A stretch of 64,000 bases of DNA. It comes from Limisphaerales bacterium. GTDB lineage: Bacteria; Verrucomicrobiota; Verrucomicrobiia; Limisphaerales; SIBE01. Shown one piece after another: positions 36,642 through 45,948 of the stretch. Where the stretch lies: the NCBI GenBank assembly GCA_044225505.1, contig JBGAIN010000008.1, positions 1 through 64,000 on the forward strand. Reading direction: 5' to 3'. The notes beneath the pieces are model-generated. The model made no database searches and was not told where the DNA came from. It saw only the letters and a program-made list of their open reading frames with translations. The position numbers and the translations under genes were made by a program. Numbering within the stretch: the stretch's first letter is position 1; every line of letters begins with the position of its first letter.

Positions 36642-37157
36642 ATGGGGTTTTTCAAGAAAAAAGCTGATCCCATATCGAGTCGTAGCCGAGCTCTGAATGC
36701 TCAAATCGCCTCTTTGGAGGCGGAAATCAAGAAGTTGGACGCGAAACTGCAGCAGGGGACGGAGCCGGAGCGCCCACCGCCTGCCATGCCATCGGTCCGC
36801 TCGACGGCCGTTCCAGCGCGATCAACGGCCGCCGCGGTACGCGAGCCGGTATTTGAACCGGTCGATCATCGGCGACTGGCGACCGCGAGTGAACCTGAGG
36901 ACACAGCGGCGCACTACAACGATCTGGGGGTCCGAAAGTACGATTTGGCGGCGGCTTGGCAACGGTTTCGCAACCAGTTCCGTGGCCCGCCCGCGAGCAA
37001 TCCAAAGCTCGTGACCTATCTGGCAGCGGGGAGTATTCGGGGACTCCGCCCGTTACGTTACGAGAAGCGGGTGGCGAGGAACCGGTTTATCGCTTTGTTT
37101 ATCATTCTGGTGTGCCTTTTGTGGGGGATAATTTCAGTATTCATTCGATCTCGTTAG
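36642..37157 (+). CDS. Hypothetical protein with N-terminal coiled coil and C-terminal TM anchor
   Basis: LNAQIASLEAEIKKL; YLAAGSIRGLRPLRYEKRVARNRF followed by a hydrophobic tail. Confidence 0.75.
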   Translation: MGFFKKKADPISSRSRALNAQIASLEAEIKKLDAKLQQGTEPERPPPAMPSVRSTAVPARSTAAAVREPVFEPVDHRRLATASEPEDTAAHYNDLGVRKYDLAAAWQRFRNQFRGPPASNPKLVTYLAAGSIRGLRPLRYEKRVARNRFIALFIILVCLLWGIISVFIRSR

Positions 37158-37217
37158 TTGTCTCCTTCGCATCGCCTAAATCAGGGGCCTGGTGAATCCA
37201 AATTCGGAAGACTTTCT

Positions 37218-37703
37218 ATGCAGCGCGCTTCGATTGAAACTTTGGACGGTCTATTCCGAGTGTCTTTCTCGGACACAGGATTGGCTCGACTTGATTTCCC
37301 GAGCAACTCATCCAAGCCGCTGTCAGAGCCGGAAGACGGACCGTGGCGTGCTTGGCTCGACTTGACACGCCGCGCATTGCAGGCTGCATTGTCTGGAATG
37401 CGCGTTCCCGAATTGCCGCCGCTGGACTTAAGCGTCGGTAGCGGTTTCCAAAGAGAAGTCTGGGGGATCCTCGGTCGCATTAAACCTGGTTGCACCATGA
37501 CTTACCAGCAGGTCGCGATGGCATTGCATAAACCGGGCGCGGCCCGAGCGGTGGGAAGCGCGTGCGGTGCGAATCCTGTCCCAGTGCTCATCCCGTGCCA
37601 TCGAGTGATCGCTACAGGGGGTGGCTTGGGAGGCTTCTCGGGCGGTCTCGACTGGAAACGGAAGTTGCTCGACCGGGAACGAAAACCGACCGGCTGGTTT
37701 TGA
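37218..37703 (+). CDS. ogt: Methylated-DNA-protein-cysteine methyltransferase
   Basis: FQREVW, ARAVGSACGANP, active site IPCHRV, GGFSGG. Confidence 0.92.
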   Translation: MQRASIETLDGLFRVSFSDTGLARLDFPSNSSKPLSEPEDGPWRAWLDLTRRALQAALSGMRVPELPPLDLSVGSGFQREVWGILGRIKPGCTMTYQQVAMALHKPGAARAVGSACGANPVPVLIPCHRVIATGGGLGGFSGGLDWKRKLLDRERKPTGWF

Positions 37704-37729
37704 GCTGGTGGCAAGTGCAGGCGCTTTGT

Positions 37730-39283
37730 ATGGCTACTCAACCCTTTGATCAATTTGCCCTGAGGCTGCGTCAGGATGACGACGTGGCTGTTCTCAAGAA
37801 AACTGTAAAAGCGGGGACGGACCTCCTGGATCGGAGCGGGTTGATCACTACCACCGAGACCATTGCGGCGGGTCACAAGCTCGCCTTGCGGCCTTTATCC
37901 GTAGGCGAACCGGTCCGAAAGTACGGTCAGGTCATCGGATTCGCATCGCAGCTGATCGTTCCTGGCAACCATGTGCATACCCATAATCTCGTGATGCGCG
38001 ACTTTGAGCGTCGCTACGAGATTGGCGCCGAGACGCCTTCCATTCAGTACCATCCAACGGAACAAATGCGGTATTTTCAGGGATTTGCTCGTTCGGCCGG
38101 ACGGGTCGGGACACGGAATTATGTGGCGGTGATTTCGAGTGTGAATTGCTCGGCCTCAGTTTCGCAGTATGTGGCCGATCATTTCCGGAGCGCGGAGTTT
38201 CAGCGCGAGTTTCCGAATGTCGATGGGGTGGCGGCGTTCACCCACAAGAGCGGTTGCGCTCTTCAACCTGGTGAACCCCATGCCTTGCTGCAGCGAGTAC
38301 TGGCAGGACTCGCGCGGCATCCGAACATTGCCGCTTACGTGCTGATTGGTCTGGGCTGCGAAGTGGCGCAGGTTCATCTTTTGGTCGAAAAGTTCCGGCT
38401 GAACGAGGTCAAGGAAGGAGAGATTGCGCCTACCTTTATGACGATTCAAACCACGGGAGGTGTGCGCAAGAGCGTGGATGCGGGGATCAAGGCGGTGGTG
38501 GAACTCTTGCCGGCAGTGAACGCGCAGAAGCGCTCCCGCCAACCTCTCCGCAAGTTGATCTTAGCGGAAAACTGCGGAGGGTCCGACGGGAATAGCGGCA
38601 TTACAGCGAACCCGGCGCTGGGCGTGGCCTCGGACGAATTAGTGCGTTATGGCGGAACGTCGGTCCTGGCCGAGACACCGGAGATCTACGGTGCCGAGCA
38701 TTTGTTAGTCAGGCGAGCGGTGAACCAGGAAGTCGGCGAAAAGTTGCTTTCGTTGATTCGGTGGTGGGAAGACCACGCGCGACAACACGGTGCGACCATC
38801 GACAACAATCCTTCGTTCGGCAATCGCGAAGGCGGCTTGACCACGATTTACGAGAAGAGCTTGGGCGCGGTAGCAAAAGGGGGTCAGTCTCCCCTCGCTG
38901 CAGTCTACAACTATGCAGAGCCTATTACAGCGCCCGGTCTTTGTTTCATGGATACTCCCGGATTCGATCCCGTCAGCATGACCGGTCTGGTTTGTGGCGG
39001 GTGCAATATCGGCGTCTTTACCACTGGCCGTGGCAGTGTCTATGGATGCAAACCGGCACCTTGTCTCAAGGTGGCGACCAACACCGCGCTCTATAATTGG
39101 ATGATCGATGATATGGATCTAAACGCCGGAACCATTCTCGACGGCACCGAGACCGTTGAGGGGGTCGGGGCGAGAATCTTCGAAAAGATGATCTCGGTAG
39201 CGAGTGGAGAAAAGACGAAGAGCGAGCTCGCTGGGATTGGGGACGAAGAATTTGCCCCATGGATTCTGGGGCCGACATTCTGA
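37730..39283 (+). CDS. UxaA/GarD family sugar-acid dehydratase (altronate dehydratase-like)
   Basis: SAF domain GHKLAL...KYGQVIG...HVHTHN; GTRNY, SVNCS, GLGCE, CGGSDG, ETPE, GGLTTIYEKSLG, FTTGRG. Confidence 0.9.
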   Translation: MATQPFDQFALRLRQDDDVAVLKKTVKAGTDLLDRSGLITTTETIAAGHKLALRPLSVGEPVRKYGQVIGFASQLIVPGNHVHTHNLVMRDFERRYEIGAETPSIQYHPTEQMRYFQGFARSAGRVGTRNYVAVISSVNCSASVSQYVADHFRSAEFQREFPNVDGVAAFTHKSGCALQPGEPHALLQRVLAGLARHPNIAAYVLIGLGCEVAQVHLLVEKFRLNEVKEGEIAPTFMTIQTTGGVRKSVDAGIKAVVELLPAVNAQKRSRQPLRKLILAENCGGSDGNSGITANPALGVASDELVRYGGTSVLAETPEIYGAEHLLVRRAVNQEVGEKLLSLIRWWEDHARQHGATIDNNPSFGNREGGLTTIYEKSLGAVAKGGQSPLAAVYNYAEPITAPGLCFMDTPGFDPVSMTGLVCGGCNIGVFTTGRGSVYGCKPAPCLKVATNTALYNWMIDDMDLNAGTILDGTETVEGVGARIFEKMISVASGEKTKSELAGIGDEEFAPWILGPTF

Positions 39284-39326
39284 CAGCGAGACTTGTGGAT
39301 TAGTCTGGGCTGTGTTCAATAGGAGG

Positions 39327-40370
39327 ATGCGTGCTGTTCAACTTATTGCCCATGGAACCCCTGGCCAGTTTCGCGTAAGCGAATTACCAGACCCTCAGCC
39401 TGGACCCGACGAAGTGGTCGTGCGGGTGAGAGCGTGCGGTCTGAACCGGCTCGACCTTTGGCTTGAAGAAGGAACCTTGCCGATTCCACTGGAGCTGCCA
39501 CGGGTTCCCGGTGGCGAAGTTTCCGGAGAAATCGAACAACTCGGGGCTGAAGTCGACCGCGGAACGTGGAAAGAAGGCGACCGCGTGGCGGTGCAGTCGA
39601 ATTTGTTTTGCGGACGTTGCGAGTTCTGCCTGGCGGGTGACGAATCCCTTTGTTTACAGGGAAAGCTTTTGGGCGTGCAACGAGATGGAGGGTTCGCCGA
39701 AAAACTCAAGGTGCCTGCCCGTGCGCTCGTGCGCTTGCCGGACGGCGCACCCTTTGAGGCGTCCGCGGCGCTAACCTTGGCCGGAAGCACAGCGATGCAT
39801 ATGCTGACCAATCGCGCCCAAGTGCAAACGGGTGATTGGGTGTTGGTGATCGCGGGTGCGAGCGGGGTCGGATCGGCTGCCATTCAGATTGCCCAACAAC
39901 TGGGAGGGTATGTCATCGCGACAGGTTCCAGCGCGGCTAAACGGGACTTGGCCTTGTCGCTCGGCGCAAAAGCGGTGGTGGACTCAACGCTGGATGATTG
40001 GCCCGCGGAGGTGCGTCGCTTGACGGACAAACGCGGTGTGGACCTCGTCGTCGAACATGTCGGTGGCCTTGTCTTGGAACAATCGTTTCACTGTTTGGCT
40101 CGAGGCGGAACGATCGTGACCTGCGGCGCGACCGCAGGGCGGCAAGTCCAGATGAATTTATGGCCTTTCTTCGTCAAACAACAACGCCTGGTTGGCAGTT
40201 ATGGTCGAACGCGCGCCGACATGCTCACCACGCTCGATTGGGTGGCGCATGGCAAGTTGCGACCCGTAATCCACGAAGTCTATTCGTTGGCCCGGACCGC
40301 GGAGGCATTTGCGGCTTTGCGGCGACGGTCGGTTCTGGGCAAGGCGCTCGTCCGGCCAACCGACTCGTGA
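39327..40370 (+). CDS. MDR-superfamily (zinc-binding dehydrogenase-like) oxidoreductase
   Basis: AGGAGG directly before the ATG; CGRCEFCLAGDESLC structural Zn site; GASGVG; catalytic-Zn GHE replaced by GGE. Confidence 0.9.
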   Translation: MRAVQLIAHGTPGQFRVSELPDPQPGPDEVVVRVRACGLNRLDLWLEEGTLPIPLELPRVPGGEVSGEIEQLGAEVDRGTWKEGDRVAVQSNLFCGRCEFCLAGDESLCLQGKLLGVQRDGGFAEKLKVPARALVRLPDGAPFEASAALTLAGSTAMHMLTNRAQVQTGDWVLVIAGASGVGSAAIQIAQQLGGYVIATGSSAAKRDLALSLGAKAVVDSTLDDWPAEVRRLTDKRGVDLVVEHVGGLVLEQSFHCLARGGTIVTCGATAGRQVQMNLWPFFVKQQRLVGSYGRTRADMLTTLDWVAHGKLRPVIHEVYSLARTAEAFAALRRRSVLGKALVRPTDS

Positions 40371-40528
40371 TTCAGCACGAAGCTTGCGTGCCCTTTAGCG
40401 ACGCGTGACGAGCGGCCCGACTCTGTCCAGTTCCACTTTGAGCAGACTGTAAACGAGGCAATGGCGCGTCGCTTGAGGTGAGATCCAGGGTGGAGCCTTT
40501 TCTCGTTTAGAGATTCACTTTCAACGCC

Positions 40529-40855
40529 TTGGAGGAGCTTTCCTCGTTTGGCACGGTTCAGGCTCAGAGGTCGTTGGATCGGACCGCCAGGATCTTCCTG
40601 GAGATGGCTTGGACCGATCCAACATTCATGGGCACGCGAGAGAATTGCTTTAATCTGCTCCAGCGGTGCTTTTCCAGAGAAGAATGGAATTGGCTGACGC
40701 AAGAAGCCGAGTTCCAAAACGCTCTCGAGAATGTGCGCGGACTGGATCAGACCGAAGACCTCATCAAACTTGGCCTCCGTCTGATTTACCTCGCGCGGAA
40801 AGGTGCGCTTCCCAGCGGCCGATCTGCGCCGGCATTACTTCGGAGTTGGCGTTAA
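40529..40855 (+). CDS. Hypothetical protein (start uncertain)
   Basis: 108-aa ORF filling the gap between co-oriented genes; no motif recognised. Confidence 0.35.
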   Translation: MEELSSFGTVQAQRSLDRTARIFLEMAWTDPTFMGTRENCFNLLQRCFSREEWNWLTQEAEFQNALENVRGLDQTEDLIKLGLRLIYLARKGALPSGRSAPALLRSWR

Positions 40856-40898
40856 GTCGGTTGCCTTAGAACCTGCGACGCGATACCGTGCGTCGCAT

Positions 40899-41405
40899 AT
40901 GGCTTCTAACGGAAAAGATTCGTCCACGTCGAGCACAGGTGGGGCTTCCCCAGAAACGCGCGTCGTTCAGCTCAAATTGGAATTGCCTCCAGCGCCGAAA
41001 GCGATGGGCGTCTATAAACCCGTCGTGGTTGCGGGCAATATGGCCTATGTCTCTGGCCACGGCCCCTTGAACTCCGATGGTTCGCTGATCACCGGTCGGG
41101 TCGGGGCGAATTTGGATTTGGCCGCGGGCAAGGCGGCCGCCCGACAGACAGGCCTGGCGATATTAGCGACGCTTCGTCAAGGGCTCGGCAGTCTGGACCG
41201 CGTGCAACGAGTAATCAAAGTCCTCGGAATGGTAAACTCCTCCGCCGACTTCGCAGATCATCCAAAAGTGATCAATGGCTGCAGTGAGCTGTTCGCGGAA
41301 GTCTTCGGGCCAGATAACGGAGTTGGAGCCCGCAGCGCCGTCGGAATGGGGTCTTTGCCGGGCAACATTGCCGTTGAGATTGAAGCCATTTTTGAGCTGC
41401 GCTAG
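40899..41405 (+). CDS. RidA/YjgF family protein
   Basis: YVSGHGP, KVLGMVN, VINGCSELF, GARSAVG, LPGNIAVEIE. Confidence 0.9.
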   Translation: MASNGKDSSTSSTGGASPETRVVQLKLELPPAPKAMGVYKPVVVAGNMAYVSGHGPLNSDGSLITGRVGANLDLAAGKAAARQTGLAILATLRQGLGSLDRVQRVIKVLGMVNSSADFADHPKVINGCSELFAEVFGPDNGVGARSAVGMGSLPGNIAVEIEAIFELR

Positions 41406-41491
41406 CCGCGCGGTCGAGATTGTTCAACACACCGTCTGGGCCGACCGGCCTCGCGCTGGAGTGGCGGCCTGCATTAACTTGCGAATTTCGC

Positions 41492-42610
41492 ATGAGTGAA
41501 GTCCTACCGCTTTGGTATCGAGTAGCCAATGTGCCCGAAGTGCCATCGCCCGCCCTTTTGATCTACCCGGACCGGGTCGAAGAGAACGTGCGTCGGATGA
41601 TCCAGCTGGCCGGTGGAGCAGGCAAACTACGTCCTCATCTCAAGACCCATAAACTTGCGGAGGTGGTGCGCCTGCAAATGGCCGAGGGTATTTCCAAGTT
41701 CAAAACAGCCACCATCGCGGAAACTGAAATGGCGGCGGAATGCGGCGCGACGGACCTGCTGCTGGCTTATCAGCCGGTAGGACCGAACGTGGGTCGATTG
41801 GTTGAGTTAACGAAGCGTTATCCGAAAGTCCGGATTGGGGCAATCGTCGACGACGAAGGTGCAGCCAAGGCGTTGTCCAAAGCGTTTTCGCACGCCAAGC
41901 TGACGCTTGAGGTTTGGCTCGATTTGGATTGCGGCATGCATCGCACGGGCATCCCGCCCAATGATGCGGCGGTGACGCTTTATCAGACATTCAGCCGAAT
42001 GCCAGGCTTGCAGATGGCCGGACTGCACGCTTACGACGGCCATCTCCATGACAAAGATCCGGACTTGCGGCGCCGACGATGCGACGAGGCATTTGCCGCG
42101 GTGGCGCAGCTTCAGCAACGCGTGCTAAGCGCCGGTTGCAACGTGCCCAGAATCGTGGCGGGAGGAACTCCCACCTTTCCCTTTCACGCTCAGCGGCCTG
42201 GGGTCGAATGCAGTCCCGGAACTTGCCTGCTTTGGGACGCAGGATATTCGAGCAAAATGCCAGATCTGGATTTTCTCGTCGCTGCGGTGGTGTTGACTCG
42301 AGTGGTGAGCCGGCCCGCGGCGAATCGCCTTTGCCTGGATCTTGGGCACAAAGCGATCGCTTCGGAAAACCCGCCTCCCCGGGTCGAACTATTGGGCATA
42401 CCCGATGTCCAGGCCGTCATGCATAGTGAGGAGCATCTCGTGGTGGAATTCCCCGGAGCCCATCGTTTCTCCGTCGGAGATTGTCTCTACGGCGTTCCGT
42501 GGCACATTTGTCCGACCGTGGCGTTGCATGCCGAAGCGACGGTCATTCGCCAGGGTCGAGCGGAAGGCCGCTGGCTTGTGCGAGCACGCCAGCGTATTTT
42601 GAGCGTGTAA
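41492..42610 (+). CDS. Fold-type III PLP enzyme (D-threonine aldolase/DSD1-like)
   Basis: LRPHLKTHK (PLP lysine), GMHRTG, HAYDGH, GGTPTF, DLGHKAIASE, SEEH, PWHICPTV. Confidence 0.9.
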   Translation: MSEVLPLWYRVANVPEVPSPALLIYPDRVEENVRRMIQLAGGAGKLRPHLKTHKLAEVVRLQMAEGISKFKTATIAETEMAAECGATDLLLAYQPVGPNVGRLVELTKRYPKVRIGAIVDDEGAAKALSKAFSHAKLTLEVWLDLDCGMHRTGIPPNDAAVTLYQTFSRMPGLQMAGLHAYDGHLHDKDPDLRRRRCDEAFAAVAQLQQRVLSAGCNVPRIVAGGTPTFPFHAQRPGVECSPGTCLLWDAGYSSKMPDLDFLVAAVVLTRVVSRPAANRLCLDLGHKAIASENPPPRVELLGIPDVQAVMHSEEHLVVEFPGAHRFSVGDCLYGVPWHICPTVALHAEATVIRQGRAEGRWLVRARQRILSV

Positions 42611-42692
42611 AGGGGCCGGGAAGTCGGAGTTGTGGTCTCCTGAATCGGATCCATGGCAAAGGCGTCTAAGGCTCGGATTGCGAACCTCTACT

Positions 42693-43940
42693 ATGAAAAC
42701 GTTGACCTATACTTGCTTGCTGGTGGCTGCGTCGTGCCTTTGGGTAACTCCCTGCCGCGCGGCGGGAATAGCAGATTGGCCACAATGGCGAGGAGTGAAT
42801 CGCGATGGCGTTTGCGCGGAAACCGGGTTGCTCCAGACTTGGCCAGCGGAGGGCCCCGCCTTAGCTTGGAAAACAAAGGGTCTAGGCGCTGGCTACTCCG
42901 GCGTTTCCGTGGTGGGCAGCACTCTTTTCACCATGGGTGACGGTGCGGACGCGAGCTTCATCTACGCTCTTCGCGAGAGCGATGGCCAACAACTATGGGC
43001 AGCCAAGGTTGGCAAAACGGGCGGTGGTGACGGGTATCCCGGACCGCGCTGCACTCCGACCGTCGATGGAGATCTGGTTTTTGCAATCGGGCAGTTTGGA
43101 GACCTCGTCTGCGTCGAGACTGCGACTGGGAAAGAGCGGTGGCGAAAGAACCTCGTTAAAGACTTTGCGGGTGCCATGCCAAATTGGGGATACGCGGAGT
43201 CTCCTTTAGTCGATGGCGGCAAAGTGATCTGCACTCCAGGTGGGCCTCAGGGAACGGTCGTGGCGCTCGATAGATCGAGCGGGAAAGAGCTTTGGCGCAC
43301 GAGCCAAGTCAAAGATGCTTCGGCCTATAGCTCCGCAATCGTGGCGGAAATCGGGGGTAAACGACAGTTTGTGGTTTTGACGGACGCCAGCGTTTTGGGG
43401 ATTGGCGCAGAGGATGGCCAGGTTCTCTGGCGAGCGCCTCGCAAGGGCCAAGTGGCCGTAATTCCAACACCCGTTTTCTACAATGACTCTGTGTTTGTTT
43501 CCTCGGGCTATGGGGTCGGTTGCAACCTCTTCAAGATCTCCCTTGCCAATGATCAATTCAAACCCGAGCAAGTCTACGCGAATAAAGTCATGGTCAATCA
43601 CCATGGCGGAGTAATTCGAATCGGCGAGCATCTTTACGGCTATTCCGACGGCAAAGGCTGGGTCTGCCAGAACTTCAAGACAGGAAAGATGGTCTGGGAA
43701 GAGAAAGGCAAGCTGGGCAAAGGCGCGATCACCTATGCGGACGGACGATTTTACCTGCGCGGCGAGAGTAAAGGGACCATGGTCCTGATTGAGGCGACAC
43801 CCGACGGATACAAAGAGACAGGACGATTCGAGCAACCCGATCGAAGCAACAAAATGAGCTGGCCCCATCCTGTCGTGGCTCATGGTAAGCTGTACCTGCG
43901 CGACCAAGACGTCTTGCTCTGCTACACCATCACAAAGTAG
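42693..43940 (+). CDS. Secreted PQQ-binding-like beta-propeller repeat protein
   Basis: Signal peptide; DWPQWRG..RDG, GAGYS, SPLVDG, TGKxxW repeats, WPHPVVAHGKLYLRD. Confidence 0.9.
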   Translation: MKTLTYTCLLVAASCLWVTPCRAAGIADWPQWRGVNRDGVCAETGLLQTWPAEGPALAWKTKGLGAGYSGVSVVGSTLFTMGDGADASFIYALRESDGQQLWAAKVGKTGGGDGYPGPRCTPTVDGDLVFAIGQFGDLVCVETATGKERWRKNLVKDFAGAMPNWGYAESPLVDGGKVICTPGGPQGTVVALDRSSGKELWRTSQVKDASAYSSAIVAEIGGKRQFVVLTDASVLGIGAEDGQVLWRAPRKGQVAVIPTPVFYNDSVFVSSGYGVGCNLFKISLANDQFKPEQVYANKVMVNHHGGVIRIGEHLYGYSDGKGWVCQNFKTGKMVWEEKGKLGKGAITYADGRFYLRGESKGTMVLIEATPDGYKETGRFEQPDRSNKMSWPHPVVAHGKLYLRDQDVLLCYTITK

Positions 43941-43984
43941 TGGAGCCACTGGTCCCGGGACGCAAAGCGAAGCTCAATTCCTAT

Positions 43985-44374
43985 ATGTGGACTGCAGCAG
44001 TTGACAGAGAATTGAATCTCCTTGAGATCCGGTTTTCCGACAAGGTCACCGTGACAGAAGCAGAAGCCTGCGCGTTGCGAATCCGAGCGTTACTGCCGGA
44101 TCTCAGGCCAGACTTTACCCTTTTGACGGATCTGAGCCAGCTGGGAGAAATGGACTTAAGCTGCGAGCGATATATCGACGAGATGATGGATCAGTTTAAC
44201 CGGGCGAGCGTCAGGAAGGTGGTCCGGGTCGTGCCAGATCCACGAAAGGACATCGGTCTCGGCATAATGTCTGCGTTTCACTACAGCCGTGACGTGCGTG
44301 TCGTGACGTGCGAAGCTTTGACCGAGGCACAGGAACATCTCCCACAAGCGATTCCGAGAGATTCTACCGGTTAA
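43985..44374 (+). CDS. Small hypothetical protein, STAS/SpoIIAA-like alpha/beta pattern
   Basis: LLEIRFSDKV, FTLLTDLSQL, VRKVVRVVPDP, EALTEA. Confidence 0.6.
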   Translation: MWTAAVDRELNLLEIRFSDKVTVTEAEACALRIRALLPDLRPDFTLLTDLSQLGEMDLSCERYIDEMMDQFNRASVRKVVRVVPDPRKDIGLGIMSAFHYSRDVRVVTCEALTEAQEHLPQAIPRDSTG

Positions 44375-44379
44375 TCAAT

Positions 44380-45273
44380 TCAGGGCTGCGCAGCCGGGAC
44401 CACAAACTCATCCGCGTGATAGGAACTGCGGACCATTGGGCCGCTCGCAACATGCACAAATCCCATGGATCTTGCGACTTCCCCGTAGGCCTCAAACTTC
44501 GCCGGCGACACAAATTCCGACACCGGCAAATGTTCTTTCGTGGGCTGGAGATATTGTCCCATGGTCACGATGTCGCAACCGACGCTCCTCAAATCCCGCA
44601 GCGCGGCAAGTAATTCGTCCTCCGTTTCGCCGAGTCCCAGCATCAGGCCAGACTTGGTATAGAGGGATTGGCCCTGCCACGCTTTCACTTTTCGGAGCAC
44701 GGAGAGGGATCGGTCATAGGTGGCGCGCGATCGGACGTGCGGAGTTAATCGCCGCACCGTTTCCAGGTTATGGTTAAAAATGTGAGGCTTGGCTGCCAAC
44801 ACTGTTTGGATCGATAGATCCCGGTCATTGAAGTCGGGCACGAGGATCTCGATGACAATGCCAGGATTGCTGGCCCGCACAGCTTCGACCGTTTTGCGAA
44901 AGTGTTCGGCACCTCCATCGCCAAGGTCATCGCGAGCGACGGCGGTGACCACCACATGCTTGAGTCGCATTCGCCGAGAAGCTTCCGCAACGCGCGCGGG
45001 CTCATCTTCCTCCAGCGGCAATGGCTTCGCGGTGTTCACCGCGCAAAAGCCGCAGGCGCGCGTGCAGCGGTCACCCGCAATCATAAAAGTAGCCGTCCCT
45101 TGGCTCCAACATTCCCAATGATTTGGGCATTTCGCGCTCTCACACACCGTGTGCAGTCGCAGGTCCTGGAGCAGATGCCGGGTTGCAGCGAACTTATCTG
45201 TGGTCGGAAGGCGAATGCGAAGCCACTCCGGCAGGCGGGGCCGTGGCGAAACAAGGCTAAACGACGTGCTCAT
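44380..45273 (-). CDS. lipA: Lipoyl synthase
   Basis: CESAKCPNHWEC (CX4CX5C), CTRACGFC radical SAM motif, HNLETV, GQYLQP, VRSSYHA. Confidence 0.97.
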   Translation of the reverse strand: MSTSFSLVSPRPRLPEWLRIRLPTTDKFAATRHLLQDLRLHTVCESAKCPNHWECWSQGTATFMIAGDRCTRACGFCAVNTAKPLPLEEDEPARVAEASRRMRLKHVVVTAVARDDLGDGGAEHFRKTVEAVRASNPGIVIEILVPDFNDRDLSIQTVLAAKPHIFNHNLETVRRLTPHVRSRATYDRSLSVLRKVKAWQGQSLYTKSGLMLGLGETEDELLAALRDLRSVGCDIVTMGQYLQPTKEHLPVSEFVSPAKFEAYGEVARSMGFVHVASGPMVRSSYHADEFVVPAAQP

Positions 45274-45293
45274 GTACAGGGCAAGACTTTGCC

Positions 45294-45551
45294 TCAACCA
45301 GGAGTTTGTTCCAACTTTTTCCAGAATACCGCTAATTGGTCGGTGTCAAAGTCAGCCAGGACCTCACCGTCCACGTCGATCACTGGAGCAAGGGTTTGAC
45401 CGGACAGATGCACCATTTCCCGGCGTGCGGTGGCGTCAGAAATGACATCGAGTGTCTCAAACGGAATACCCCGTTCTTCCAGCCACTCCTGGGCTTCATG
45501 GCACCAACCACAATAGGGTTTAATGAACAGGCGAACGTGTCGCGACTTCAT
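45294..45551 (-). CDS. Glutaredoxin-like (NrdH/YruB type) protein
   Basis: KPYCGWC, SGQTLAPVIDVDG. Confidence 0.88.
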   Translation of the reverse strand: MKSRHVRLFIKPYCGWCHEAQEWLEERGIPFETLDVISDATARREMVHLSGQTLAPVIDVDGEVLADFDTDQLAVFWKKLEQTPG

Positions 45552-45580
45552 AAACGAATGTAAGGCCAAGCTGAGAACTT

Positions 45581-45946
45581 TCAAACTTCGGTGATAAATG
45601 TGTCCGCGTGTTCGTAAGCCGGCGCGCAACAGCACAGGAGCGTGAGCACTTCTGCCCCGGTATTCCAGAGCTTGTGTTTCTGGCCTGGTGGAATTGCAAT
45701 AGCGTCTCCCGCGGTGATGTCGCGCGTCTCTTGCTCGATCCGAATCCGGCCTGTTCCCGAGGTGATGTAATAAATCTCTTCTGTTACCGCGTGATAATGC
45801 TCTTGAGTGCTGGCGCCCACCGGCAGGCGGGCTTCCGCCAGGCTCTGCTGTCGAATCCTCGAATTTCGATAGGCCAGGAGTTCTCGAATCTCCGAGCCGT
45901 CTTTGGTGATGAATGCCGGCACTTGACCGAGCTGTCGAACCTCCAT
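45581..45946 (-). CDS. Cupin domain protein
   Basis: HYHAVTEEIYYITSG, GDAIAIPPGQKH. Confidence 0.88.
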   Translation of the reverse strand: MEVRQLGQVPAFITKDGSEIRELLAYRNSRIRQQSLAEARLPVGASTQEHYHAVTEEIYYITSGTGRIRIEQETRDITAGDAIAIPPGQKHKLWNTGAEVLTLLCCCAPAYEHADTFITEV

Positions 45947-45948
45947 AT

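Noticed and set aside
40490..40528. Second possible TAG readthrough upstream of ORF 40529
   Set aside because: An in-frame TAG at 40508-40510 has a GTG upstream, but there is no recognisable homology or hairpin to support an extension
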